Assembly: GCF_006345805.1 (NCBI RefSeq)
Contig: NC_043019.1
Span: 30,317,360-30,381,359, forward strand
DNA length: 64,000 bases
Source: Octopus sinensis
Lineage: Eukaryota
Reading direction: 5' to 3'
Part shown: piece after piece, positions 27,566-40,696 of the stretch
Layout of the letters: each line of letters opens with the position of its first letter
How positions within the stretch are numbered: the stretch's first letter is position 1
Made by a program: the position numbers and the translations under genes
Notes under the pieces: model-generated
What the model was told of the DNA's origin: nothing
The model's database searches: none
The model's input: only the letters and a program-made list of their open reading frames with translations

Positions 27566-27600
27566 GTTTCCGATGAAGAGCTCCGCTCGAAACGTTAAAC
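27566..27600 (+). ncRNA. Minimal hammerhead-like motif (U4>C) within Penelope-like fragment at about 27500-27700
   Basis: GTTT CCGATGA A GAGC TCC GCTC GAAA CG T T AAAC. Confidence 0.55.
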
Positions 27601-27696
27601 CCTCCTTCTTCCCTTCTTTCCTGAGCGTCCAATAATACTTAATTTGTTCCACGTCCTCGCGTTGCTGTGTTTTTTTGTGTTTTCTTGTTTGGATTA

Positions 27697-27734
<38 letters not shown>

Positions 27735-28602
27735 TTTGTGTGTGTGTATAAAAGTGAGTGTGTAGGTATATAATATTATCCAGGTGGATACAGCTTTAGC
27801 TCTCTTCGCAATACATACCACACTGGTTTCTGTCCCTTCTTTTTACTCCTCTCTGATGAGTTGTAGTGCACTCATGCATTTATACAATTAGCTCATTATT
27901 ATTTACTCTTGAAAATATTTTCAACTGTGCTGGTATATTTCTGTTACCTTCACACAGCAACTGGAGACAATAAATAACTCACTGCAGTAATTTTAATATC
28001 TGTATCTATATATATATATATCTATCTATCTTCAAACACACACATACATACACACACACATAAAAACAACTTTATCATGTTCAAACAATCTATGTTGCAA
28101 CAACTACTTTGTAATGTAAACTTCAAAAAATACTTCAAGAATAATTCAAAACTGTTGTAGTGGCCCTAAGCACCGACTACCATAAGCTCATTATCGTCAT
28201 ATATACAAGATGTATACTAGACATATACAAGATATATATATTGTATAAATACCAAGCTTATTATACAGTAGATATATATTAGATATAAGCAAGACATTAT
28301 GTAGTAGATACACAGTAGACATAGATATATACTAGATATATTGTATACCCGATAAATGAACAAAGTAGCCTCTGTGTAAATCATTCAAACTGCTGTACAA
28401 AAAAAAGCCAAATCTGCCTCAAATGACATCCTACTGCTTTTTAAATTTTTTTAAGAAAAAACAAAAACGAAACAAGGAAGGATATGTTTAATGAAGTCCT
28501 ACACAAACGTAATATCTGTATAAATGACAGAAAGGTCATGGCTAGAACCTTAGATCAGAGACTTATTGACTCTGGAAGTATCACAGACAAACCCTACTTA
28601 GG

Positions 28603-28845
28603 TGTGGAGGCGCGTGGCCTAGTGGTTAGGGTGTTGGACTCATGATTGTAAGATTGTCTTTTTTTTTTATTCCTGGACTGGGAGATGCATTGTGTTCTTG
28701 AGCAATGTACTTCATTTCACATTGCTCCAGTCCATTCAGCTGGCAAAACTGAATAATCCTGTGATGGACTGGCATCCCGTCCAGGTGGGTTTTTTATACA
28801 CCATGGAAACCAGCCCTTATGAGTCAGCATGATGTGAGAAGGTAA
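28603..28845 (+). mobile_element. tRNA-derived SINE (GGAGGCGCGTGGCCTAGTGG head)
   Basis: A-box head, and 3' end GGAAACCAGCCCTTATGAG shared with 56712-57011. Confidence 0.7.
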
Positions 28846-29458
28846 CTTGACCTTTTTTTTTTTCTTACTTTCTTACCAACTGAACTCAGAACCTAAAATG
28901 ATTAAATACTACAAGGTATTTTTGTCAGCTACCCCACCAATTCTGTCAAGTCACTAGCCTTCAATTCTAAAATAGACACATGGTGTTGGATGGTGGGGAA
29001 TATTTAATTTAATTAAACCAGGGACTAAAACAGATCAAAAGTGGAATAAATGTGTTTGCAATGAGAAAGGGGGTATTTTAGACTTTTCTTCTACAAAGCA
29101 AAACCTAGTTTAGGCTGCCTTTGTGCTGTTTACACTCATTTGCCAATATAGATTGTTGCTAATTTCTTCGGATCCTACTGTTTACTTAGATGGTACTTTA
29201 TTTTATCAACCCTAGAAGGATAAACAGTAAAGTTGGAGTTGGCTTCATGTGATCTCAGTAAGAAAAATAACGATCTCTTAACTTTGGCAGAAAGCCGTGA
29301 ATTTTATGTAGAATAGTAAAATAGTCGATTGTGTTGGATCCAGTACTGAACTGGTTACTTTTTTTTTTTTTTTTTTTTATTAAATCACCTCCCTTGAAGA
29401 ATTTGAACTCAGAAACAGAAATCAACAACAATAACAACAAAAACTAAAGAATACTGAC

Positions 29459-29523
29459 GTGTCTTCGGGAAGATCCATACTTTCCAGTTCTGCTGTAACA
29501 TCTGCTATTTCTTCTTTGAGTCG
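29459..29523 (-). CDS. CYTH1: Cytohesin exon 3, coiled coil second half RLKEEIADVTAELESMDLPED(T)
   Basis: TTTTTCCAG acceptor (AG at 29525-29524), 65 nt, donor AC|GTCAGT. Phase 0 in, phase 2 out. Matches cytohesin RLK.EIA.V..E.E. Confidence 0.93.
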
Positions 29524-31271
29524 CTGGAAAAACACAAAGAAAACCAAAGAAATGAGAGAAAACTAAGAACGCAAAGTCAATATTCAACAATATTTTCATT
29601 ACAGTGTTGGCTGAAAAGTTTATTTTTTTTATTAATATGTCAATGTTTAATTTATCAATAATGTAGCAAAGTTTATTTTTAAACGTGACTTTTTTGATTT
29701 ATATTACCACATTTCCGATAAATAAACGCTAGTTAAAGAATTTGCAAAACCATCATCACCATCACTGTTTTAATGTCCACTTTTCCGTGCTCACATGGGT
29801 CAAATAGAATTTTTATTCAGGCAGATTTTTCTATGACCGGATGCCTTTCCTGTCACCAACTCTCACTTGTTACCAAGTAAGGTAATTATTTTCCCATGGC
29901 CAGACAGGTTTGCACGGAATATCGGAAACAAAGGACACTGCTTACATGATAGTTACAATCACACTCGTTTACAACATTCACATGAGGTCAAGAAGGACAC
30001 AGTAACACACACACATACCGTATATGCCAGCATATAAGACATGCCTTTTTTAATCTTAAATCTAACAACAATTTTCGATGTGCTTTAATGTGACCATATT
30101 ATGGATGGGATATCAAGGTGGGATGATGTATGAGAAAACATACTAAACTTGTTTTTTCCACAGAATATACATGTAAAAGTAGAGGTCTATGCTATGGGAG
30201 AGTGCATCTTATATAGTCTCTATCATTGTCGTCGTCATCATCATTTAACGTCCGTTTTCCATGCTAGCATTGGTTGGACAGTTCAACCAGGGTCTGGGGA
30301 GTCAGGAGACTGCACAAGGCTCCAGTTTGATCTGGCAGTGTTTCTACAACTGGATGCCCTAAGGGAAAAGAACCCCTTGGTCATGATTGCACCTAGAAAG
30401 TTCCTCCATGTGGCACAATTCTGAGCAAGGTTATTTATGGAAGACCAGCCATTGCTTGTGCATACTGGCCTCCCCTCTCCATGCCACCGATATAATCCAA
30501 GGGAAAGGAAACAGCAGATACGGCTTGGTACCAGTGACATTGCAACTCATTTCTACAGATGAGTGAACTGGAGCAACGTGAAATAAAGTGTCTTGCTCAA
30601 GAATACAACACAAGGCCCAGGCTTGGAATCAAGCTCACTACCTTATGATTGTGAGCCCGACACTAACCACTGAGCAATGCACCTTCACACACACACACAC
30701 AGACACACACACACGACGGGCTTCTTTCACTTTCCATCTACCAAATCCACTCAAGGCTTTAGTGAGTCCTGGGCTGTAGTAGGAGACACTTGCCCAAGGT
30801 GCCATGCAGTGGGACTGAACTTAAGACCACCTGTGACAATTTTATTTTTATCATTAACATACTGAAGAGTTCGTTACCACATTAATAACGAATAAAGCAT
30901 TTGTATAATAGAAAAGAAAAGAGAAATGTTCCTTTTGTTTTATTCTCACCATTCTGTCCCTTAGAACATAAAGAAGACACAGCAAAGTAAAAGGTATCAA
31001 CACAGTCCCTTTTATTTGTTAGACTGAATGTCAATAACTATTTTTAAATCGGAACCCTTGTGTGAGTGTGTCAGCAAGACAACATTAGCCACAACACAAA
31101 CATTCGACCGACAATAAATACAAAAGAGGAAAATAGTTTTGGGCCCCGAGTTGACAGAAATCGATCCAGCAAACTCAATACCAAACAGTAAAACACATTG
31201 GACTCACTTCAACTCTTGACTACTACCAAGAAAAAACTACAACACCATCAGTATACTTAACCACCCCACAG

Positions 31272-31498
31272 TACTACTACTACTACTACTACTACTACTA
31301 CAACAACTGCTACTGCTGCTGCTACTACTACTACTACTACTACTACTACTGCTGCTGCTACTACTACTACTGCTGCTGCTACTACTACTACCGCTACTAC
31401 TACTACTGCTGCTACTACTACTACCGCTACTACTACTACCGCTAGTACTACTACTGCTACTGCGGCTGCTACTACTACTACTACTACTACTACTACTA
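31272..31498. repeat. Compound (ACT)/(GCT) trinucleotide microsatellite
   Basis: About 230 nt; the source of the spurious poly-Ser ORF. Confidence 0.95.
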
Positions 31499-31841
31499 TA
31501 GAACCACCACCACCACCTCTTAAATAATATACAGAGAAACAAATAATAATCTAACTGGCTCCAAACACTGGTAGGAAGTAGCAGTGTTTGCTTTAAAATA
31601 GTAGTAGTAGTGGTGGTGGTGGTGGTTTCTAATTTAGGTACAAGGCAGGCTATTTTGAGAAAAGAAGGCTAGTTGATAAAATTGATGATTCCAATACTTG
31701 ATTGGTACTTGTATTTTATTGACTTCAAAAGGATGAAGGAGCAAAGACAACCATAGCAGGATTTGAACTCAGAACACACAGAGATGTAACAGAATGACAA
31801 AACGCATTTCTTTTTTTCAACGCTTTATGCCAAGCTACCAC

Positions 31842-31912
31842 ATAATAATAATAATAATAATAATAAATAATAATAATAATAATAATAATGATAATAATAA
31901 TAATAATAATAA
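31842..31912. repeat. (AAT)n microsatellite
   Basis: About 70 nt with few interruptions. Confidence 0.95.
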
Positions 31913-32261
31913 TTCTATCGTTGCTTCCAGGGTAACAATTGAGGGAAATTATTATAGGAATAAATTTTGAAAGCATGGTGACTGTATATGAAATATGCCA
32001 ACTGTAAAACAAATATACAATATATATTTAATATATAATATATATATAGGCACATGAGTGGCTGAGTGGTAAGAAGTTTGCTTCCCAACCACATGGTTCC
32101 GGGTTCAGTCCTGCTGCATTTTACCTTGGGCAAGTGTCTTCTACTATAGCCCCAAGCTAACCGAGTCCAGTCATAGAAAATCTGCCTCAGCAAATTTCGT
32201 CTGACTCACGCAAGCATAGAAAAGTGGATGTGATGATTAACTATCTCGTTAATTTAGACAT

Positions 32262-32590
32262 GTGAAGGCACGTGGCTTAGTGGTTAGGGTGTTCAGTTCA
32301 CGATCGCAAGGTCATGAGTTTGATTCCCGGTGGTGCATTGTGTCCTTGAGCAAGACACTTTATTTCGCATTGCTTCAGTTCACCAAGCTGGCAAAACTGG
32401 ATAGTACTTGTATTTCAAAGAGCCAGCCTTGTCACATTCCATGTCATACTGAACCTTCTTGAGAACTACATTAAGGGTATGTATGTCCATCGAGAGCTCA
32501 GCCACTCGCATGTTCATTTCACGAGCAGGCTGTTCCATCAATTGGATCAACTGGAACACTCATTGTTGTAACTGATGGAGAGCCAATTAT
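32262..32590 (+). mobile_element. tRNA-derived SINE (tail shared with 37210-37525 and 51028-51405)
   Basis: GGCACGTGGCTTAGTGGTTAGGG head, GAGTTTGATTCC B box and CACGAGCAGGCTGTTCC tail module. Confidence 0.7.
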
Positions 32591-32596
32591 TATAGA

Positions 32597-32968
32597 CTAG
32601 CACTATGACTCGGCAACGCCGGGTCATAATGCTAGTGCATGCATATACAGCTGCATGCATGCGCACATACACGCGAGTGTACTGTTCAAATCTCCGACCA
32701 ATCACATACAGCTAGCTGGCATTCAATTGGCGTATCAAGTTTCAAGCATTTTGATTGGGTTTTGGATAGAAAATTCACAAAAAAGTCACTTTTATTGATT
32801 TTTTAATGGCTTTGTGGGGTGACTGGGGAAATGTAAAGATGTGCACGACCACCCTTGGACGGTTTTGAATGACCATAGAAAGTGCAAGCCCTCTAACTGA
32901 AAAATTGTAGATTTGTATAAAGGACACACACACACACAGACATTTTGCCATTTATATATATATAGAGA
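32597..32968 (-). mobile_element. Non-autonomous Helitron, family 2
   Basis: 5' A|TCTCTATATAT. The 3' 39-nt hairpin ends in CTAG|T. Confidence 0.7.
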
Positions 32969-33511
32969 TATAGAGATGAGGGATTTTATTTTATTGCTTT
33001 GTTTTTATTTCTTCCCCTACATTTACTGTTAAGATATAACACTATGCTGTTAGATGCCTAATACATGCGCTCACACACAACCAAATTCCAGAGAGAGAAG
33101 ACAGGTGTCTTCCTTCATGGAATGTAGGATAAAAAGTTTGGTACTGCTGCAGCCACAGAAAAATACACAGCCATTACAGAACGAAGAGCTTGCATGTGTC
33201 TGTGAGACTGGTGAGGCTGGCGAAGGACCCATGATTCACTCTTGTTAGAGGAGTTAAAGCTAATCTTAATCTAAAAAATCTGTCGGCTGTCTACCAAATG
33301 TAAATGTCCTTTCACTTCACCCCCATCCTCAACACCATCATGACATACAGGACTTGCAAAGTGATACAACAGAACAAATAAACCAAAACATAAGATTGTG
33401 GTAGCGTCATTTAACCCTTTAGCATATAATCACGTCATATCCGGCCCAAAGGTTCTACCTGTTTTATGTTAAAACTGACCAGATCCAATCTCTTATCCCT
33501 ATCCTACAATG

Positions 33512-33762
33512 TCATCATCATCATCGTTTAACGTCCGTTCTCCATGCTAGCATGGGTTGGACGGTTCGACTGGGGATCTGGGAAGCCAGAAGGCTGCACC
33601 AGGCCCCAGTCTGATCTGGCAGTGTTTCTACAGCTGGATGCCCTTCCTAACGCCAACCACTCCGTGAGTGTAGTGGGTGCTTTTTACGTGCCACCTGCAC
33701 AGGTGCCAGGCAAGGCTGGCAACGGTCACGATCGGATTGGTGCATTTTACGTGCCACTGAAA
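33512..33762 (-). mobile_element. (ATG)n-tailed SINE inserted in a TTAA MITE
   Basis: Closely matches 1125-1368. Flanked by the two halves of a MITE starting TTAACCCTTTAGC at about 33410. Confidence 0.75.
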
Positions 33763-34272
33763 TCTTGAAACTACAAGATAAATGCATGATGAATTCAAAG
33801 CGATGTGAATAAATAAGCGTCACATTTGACAAAGAAACCTGTTTACAAAAGGGTCAAAAACATGCATGGTCACATTTGTTTTATTTTGTACTACATTACT
33901 ATTACGCATCAAAATATTTTGTTGTACATCTTCAACCGAGCCTCAAACAGCTTCATTGCAGTATGGCTGTGTGCATAAGGAGTTTACCTCTCATCTACAC
34001 GGGTTTGGGTTTAGTCTCACTGTGTGGCATCTTGGGCAAGTTTCTTCTACTATAATCCCAATTTGCCAAAACCATTTGGGTACAGGACGTATTTGGCAGA
34101 CAGAAACTGAAAGACGGCGTGTGTGTGTGTGTGCGTGTTCTTGTCTTGATATCATGCGACTGTTGTAAGTGAATGAACGGCACTCGTTGCCAGTATCCTG
34201 CAAAACCGTATCTGTCCATGGGGAAATACTACATTGTTTGGAAACAGGAAAGGGCAGGTGACAGGAAGAGCA

Positions 34273-34626
34273 TCTCTATATATATAAACAGCAAAATGTC
34301 TGTCTGTGTGTGTGTATCTTTTATACAAATCCACAATTCTTCAGTTAGAGGGCTCGCACTTTCTATGGTCATTCAAAACCGTCCAAGGGTGGTCGTGCAC
34401 ATCTTTACATTTCTCCAGTCACCCCGCAAAGCCATTAAAAAATCAATAGAAGTGACATTTTTGTGAATTTTCTATCCAAAATCCAATCAAAATGCCCGAA
34501 ACTTGATATGCCAATTGAATGCCAGCTAGCTGTATGTGATTGATCGGAGATTTGGACAGTACTCGCATGACTGTGCACATGCACGCAGCTGTATATGCAT
34601 GCACTAGTACTATGACCTGGCGTTGT
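34273..34626 (+). mobile_element. Helitron family 2, 3'-truncated within the hairpin
   Basis: Reverse complement of 32597-32968 over about 350 nt. Confidence 0.7.
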
Positions 34627-35936
34627 TGAATTTTCTGCTGCTTAAAATAAAGTGTATATATATATATATATATATATATTTAGTCTTATCATACACTTTT
34701 CCATGCTTGCATAGGAATTTGCTGAAGTAGATTTTCTAAACCTGGATGCCCTTCCAGTCAACAACCCTCATATAATGTCAAAACAAGACACACACACACA
34801 CACACAAAAGGACAGTTCAATCACACTTCCTACCCCTACATACTTCTGTTACAATGTCTTCCATCAAGTGTACAGTTAGTAGATTCTTAAGCCATAAATC
34901 AATAATGCTCTAAGTTAATATCAATTGGAATCACGCACAGGTCTTAGAATGGCTCTTAGGTCTACTGTGCTCCTCTTACATACACATACCCATATATATA
35001 CATACACATACAAGTATGTACACACAACCATGCACAGACATACACAGATGCACTCAATAACAAGATTACAACATAGCTTCTAACTCACTAAACTATAAAT
35101 TTAATTAATTACATTAAATAGTCACTATTTCACTCTCTACCTAACTGGAGATTATGGAAGACCAAGGAACAATAACAAAACTAAACAATAAGCTAAATGT
35201 CTTTTTCAATAGTTCCCGTCTAAGATGTGATGTTATTACAGCTACTTCGTTCATTGATTCTATTAAGACATGAAGAAACAAAGTCTATATCCAAACACAC
35301 ACACACACACACATATACATCTGTAAGTTCTATGTAGTCTTTACTACACAGGAATTACTTTTAATTACTTTTTAAATAGTTACACACACACACACTACAG
35401 TTAGCAGCTGCAGACTTAATCATAAAACATTACAAAATATTGAACAAAAATGTTTAAAGACATGAATTTTTGAAAATGTGATTCAGTTTGTGTCTATAGA
35501 GGATTTATTAAAGAATGTCTGGTTGTTTTAAATGTTCAGTAAATTATATGTAGTAGCGGTTGATGCCTACAGAGGAGGTAGGGATAGATAGATAGATAGA
35601 TAGATAGGGAGAGAGAGAGATGGGGGTGGTTTATTTGATACATTCAATGTCAAAGTGCATTTCTTTGTTGTAGTTGTATGGCCAGTGGAGGTCAGTGCAG
35701 GTTGAGCAGATCTATGCTGGGTGGCCAACACACAGATGCAATATATCAATCAGCTGTATCAATCTTCTTCTCCTGAGGAACAAAGCCGCATTGTACATTC
35801 TGACATGACATACAGTGGCTGTTTAACATCAGGTCAGCACAGAACGAGCTATTGTCAAAGACATTTCAGCCGTTACCATCCCAACTTAATACTTTTTGTC
35901 TCTGGCATAATCTATCTGAGACCAGTGCTGGTTTAA

Positions 35937-36362
35937 CCCTTTAGCATTTAGAGTATCTCTGTCAAATGTAATGCTTTTTTCATTCACATTGTTTTTAACT
36001 AACCATCCATTATCTCATAGCTTTGAAATTTTGATGATGCGATAGTATAATTTGTTTGATAGGCTGGATGTAGCTGGTTCGAACATAAAACAAATAGTAT
36101 ATTTGGGCTGGATATGGCTGGTTTAAATGCTTAACCCTTTAGTGTTCGCATTATTCTGCCAAAATTAATGCTTTTTCATCCTCATTGTTTTGAACTAATC
36201 ATGCATTATCTTGCAGCTATGAGATTTTAATGAGGTAGCTGTTCATTTCTAGAACAATATTGTAGGGTTGGTGTGAGAGACCAGATCCGGTCAATTTGAA
36301 CATAAAATAGGCAGAATACTTTTGACCGGATATGGCCGGTTTAAATGCTAAAGGGTTAAGGG
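35937..36362. mobile_element. Two nested family-A piggyBac-type MITEs (inner 36135-36355)
   Basis: Outer right TIR is split as AATGC-TTAA-[inner MITE]-TTAA-GGG-TTAA. Confidence 0.85.
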
Positions 36363-39296
36363 TTAAGGCATGCACACAGTCTGTTCAAAATACTTTAATC
36401 CTCTTGATACCAACCCAGCTGAAACCACCTCTGGCTCTGTAGTACAAATGTCTTGTTTTCGTAAGTTCTGAATTAAAATTTTCCGCCAAACCTTAGTCAC
36501 AATATATGCTTCTAACACTAGTTTATTGATAACTAAGTTATTTTACTAAATTCCTTGTTATATTTAAAATAACTGAAGGAAACACAGAGCATCTCAACAG
36601 AAATACAGTAACAAAAGGGCTAAAGATTCTGTCAATTTCCCCACCCTATTAATAATTCTTACTACTCAAGGTACAAGGCCTGAAATTTTGAAGGAGAGAG
36701 CTAGTTGATAAGAATGATTCTTATTTTATCGACCCTGAAAAGATGAAAGGCAGAGTTGACCTTGGCAGAATTTCAACTCAGAGCATGAAGATGGACAACA
36801 TGCCAATAAGTATTTTGCTGGGCATGGTAACGATTCTGCCAGCTCACAATCTTGTTTTCTAATACAGGCACAATTTTTTGTTGTATTTAAAATTAATTGA
36901 AAGAAACACAGAGTATCTCAACAGAAATATGCTAACAAAAGGGGTTAAGACTCATTATGTTTACCAGCCACAACATGAACCCTTTTGCTTGCAGCTTCTG
37001 CTCCCATTGCAACACCTGTACTTTGAATTAGAGTAAACCTAAGTCATTTTTCATTGCCATGGGCCACTTCACCTGCTTCTCCAAAAATGTGGCTTACTAT
37101 ATGAGAGGAAACAAGTCAGAGGTTGACTGATCAGAGTGGAGAACATTTGTTAGATGACTGGTGCAGTCAAGGCTGTGCCCCTACAACTTCAATCCTAAGA
37201 TTCACTTGTGAAGGCTTGTGGCTCAGTGGTTAGGGTATTTGGCTCACAATCTTAAGATCATGAGTTCAATTCCTGGCGGTGCGTTGTGTCCTTGAGCAAG
37301 ACACCTTATTTGAAGTTCCTTCACTCCACTCAGCTAGCAAAAATAACCTATACCTGTAATTCAAAGGGCCAGCTTTGTCACATTCTGTATCATGCTGAAT
37401 ATCCCTGAGAACTACATTAAGGGTAGGCATGCTGGTAGAGTACCTGGCCACTTGCACATTAATTCCACAAACAGGCTGCTCCATCAATCGGATCAACTGG
37501 AACCCTTGTCATCATAACCAACAGTGGTTGGTGTTAGGAAGGGCATCCAGCTGTAAGAACCATGCCAAAACAGACAGTGGAGCTTGATGTAGTCCTCTGG
37601 CTTGCCAACTCCTGACAAACCAGCAAACCCATGCTAGCATGGAAGACAGACGTTAAATAATGATGATGATGATGACACCCAACAAAAAATTACCGTGAAT
37701 TTTTTTAGTGGTGTGGCCCACCTGATGATGAGCCATGTCTCATGTGGCCCACTTCTTGAAAAAGATTTTCCATACCAGATTTAGACTGTCAATTTAATCT
37801 TCCTTTCTTCCACAGCAATATCAAATTGACTGTATTCTTGTTTCTTTTCATTTATTTTTTGGTGGGGGAGGGGTGCTCGTTTGTTTTTGTGCCCTACTCA
37901 GAATTTATTTAACATTACCATTCTGTTATGGACTTAATCTGGATTACCAATGGATTTGTCTTGTTATCAATGAAGTCAATTGGTTTTAGTGGAGAGAGGA
38001 GAGAGAGAGAGAGAGAGAGAGGGGTAAACAGAAGAGAGGAGAGAGAAAAAGAAAGTATGAGATAGTGTGTGGGGGGTTAAACAAACTACTTCGTACTGCT
38101 GAAATAATAGTAATAGTAGTAGTAGTGCAGAAGTAGTAGTAGTAGTAAAGTACTGGCAGAGTAGAAGACCTAATTAGAAGTTACCTCATTAATAGGAAAT
38201 TACTTACTAATTGCATCACCACTATCATCATCATTAGTAAAAGGTAGCCTGTTTCTTTCATGGACAGGTGGAAAGTGATAAAGATGGAAGGTGGGGGTAC
38301 AAGGAAAAGTTAAGCACCAAGTGATACAACTGGAAGATTTCAATGTAAAACAAGAACAACTGCAACCTGGGTATAGTCATTGCTTATTAAGGGTCAGGTT
38401 AAAAAGTCAGCTTAATCCTATTGATAGCAATCCATCTGAGACCTCTGATTCCAACTTACAAAACCTTCCCTAGAGAGTGGGCCATGGTGCCCCATATATG
38501 GCCAGGTAGTATTATTAAGTTAGACATGGCCTGGGCCTATAGTGGCTGAAACCATATCAAAGTTATATTAATTATAAAAATATCACAGGATTGTTTTAAA
38601 CATCAAATGGCTATGAGGGTCCACCCGAGTAAAATAGGAATCAAAGGGGTCCACAGATAAAAAAAAAAGGGTTGGGAAACACTGGTTTAAAGGATCCATG
38701 TTCAAATTAAAACTACCATCATAATTTTATGAAATAACCTTTTTGTTAAATAATGCTGCAAATTCCAGCTTGGCTGTGTGGTAAGAAGTCTGCTTCCCAA
38801 TCAGATGGTTCTGTGTTCAGTCCCACTGCATGGCACTTTGGGTAGGTGTTTCCTATTATAATCCGGGGCCAACCAAAGCCATGTTAGTGGATTTTGTAGA
38901 CAGAAACTGAAAGAGGTCTGTCATATTTGTTGTTCTTACACCTGTCTTCGTCTTTTGTTTTTCTATAGATTTCAACTATATATGTGTAACCCCACCCATC
39001 CACACCACTTGGCAACCAGTGCTGATGTGTTGACGCCACTGTAACTTAGTGGTTCAGCAAAAGAGAGCAACAGAATAAGTACCAGGCTTTGAAAAATAAA
39101 GTTCAAGCTGCTACACTCACAAAGGAATGACTCATTTGCTGACCTCCTCCTACATCCAAATCTCCATCAGATGATTGGTTGGTCTCACCCTCCATTCAAC
39201 ATTTCCACCAGTTCAGGACCTCATTTTAGAAATGTCACAAATTAACAAAATAAAAAGATGAAGGAGGAGGTGGCGACGAGGGAAGAGTAGAGTGGA

Positions 39297-39339
<43 letters not shown>

Positions 39340-39594
39340 CTTCGAAAAGTAGAGTAGATGAAACCATAGCGACTGAAGTAGGGTTTTTTTCTTTGTGTTA
39401 ATTGTCCTGTACTCTATTTTTTTGTTGTTTAAAAAAATGTCCTGTTCCTTGGGTTTGTGTCTATGTTTTCGTTTCTCATTGTTTTTCGATGTCTTTTTGG
39501 TGTCCTGTACTCATATATGCGTGTATATATACATGTAGAGGTAGGTACGTACATATATGTTTATATATATGCATATGTTTTATTTTATTTATTA

Positions 39595-39629
<35 letters not shown>

Positions 39630-40391
39630 GAATATATTAAGCTCTGGGAAGAACTCTTCTATTCTACAGGGGTAGACAGGCAGGTAGGTAGAATTAGAGA
39701 CAGAGAAAAGGACAAAAGGCAGGTTGGCAGAGAGAAGGGGGAAGGAAGAGAAAGAGGGGGAAGGAGAGAAGGGGGGAAAGGGGAGGAGAGGAAGAGGGGG
39801 AAGAGATTAAGAGTCAAAAAGAGAAAATAAAGGTGGTGATGCCTAAAACAGCTGAGATAACATTAAAGATGGATGAAAACTGAATATCTACCCCTATGTA
39901 CACACACACACACACACAACAGAAGATAAAAGAAAAGGGTAGAAAAAGATGAACACATCTCGATAAACTGAACTCTACTATAAGCTACTTAATACCCTCC
40001 TAGTCTATAAACCCTCAAATATAAACACGTCTCTCCTAGTTTATTATATACCCTTGCATAAATACAGGATATCTTATTTATTATTAAATTGCAACATTCA
40101 AATAAATGTAATATAAAGAAAATTGTAATAAAATGTATGGAAAAATCTAATTACATTTACTGTGAAAATATGAACATAATAAATATATTAAACTAAGAAA
40201 TAAAACTGACCCTTTTTTTAATTACATAATTATGTATTTAATGAATGAAATATAATACTATGTAATCAATCAAAAATGTATTTTTTAGGCAAAAATAATT
40301 CAAACTTCATCGGGAAGGCAGCAATTAAGGATTGCAAAGGCTACATGTGAACTTTAGGCTCTATCTAGGTTTCCCACTTCTGTCTAATACT

Positions 40392-40625
40392 TATTTCTTT
40401 ACTACCCACAAGGGGCTAAACACAGAGGGGACAAACAAGGACAAACAAATGGATTAAGTCGATTATATCGACCTCAGTGCATAACTGGTACTTATTTAAT
40501 CGACCCCGAAAGGATGAAAGGCAAAGTCAACCTCGGCGGAATTTGAACTCAGAACGTAACGTCAGACGAAATACGACTATGCATTTCACCCGGCGTGCTA
40601 ACGTTTCTGCCGGCTTGCCGCCTTA
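40392..40625 (-). mobile_element. Young SINE with 16-bp TSD
   Basis: TSD ACTTCTGTCTAATACT at 40376-40391 and 40626-40641. CpG-rich body. Related copies at about 9300-9530, 23700-23920, 46730-46912 and elsewhere. Confidence 0.85.
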
Positions 40626-40649
40626 ACTTCTGTCTAATACTATCCTCTC

Positions 40650-40696
<47 letters not shown>

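Noticed and set aside
31237-31542. 101-aa poly-Ser ORF
   Set aside because: Trinucleotide microsatellite.
33040-33210. Minus 53-aa ORF MGPSPASP... in unique sequence
   Set aside because: Donors are weak and there is no homology; may be regulatory DNA, but unsupported.
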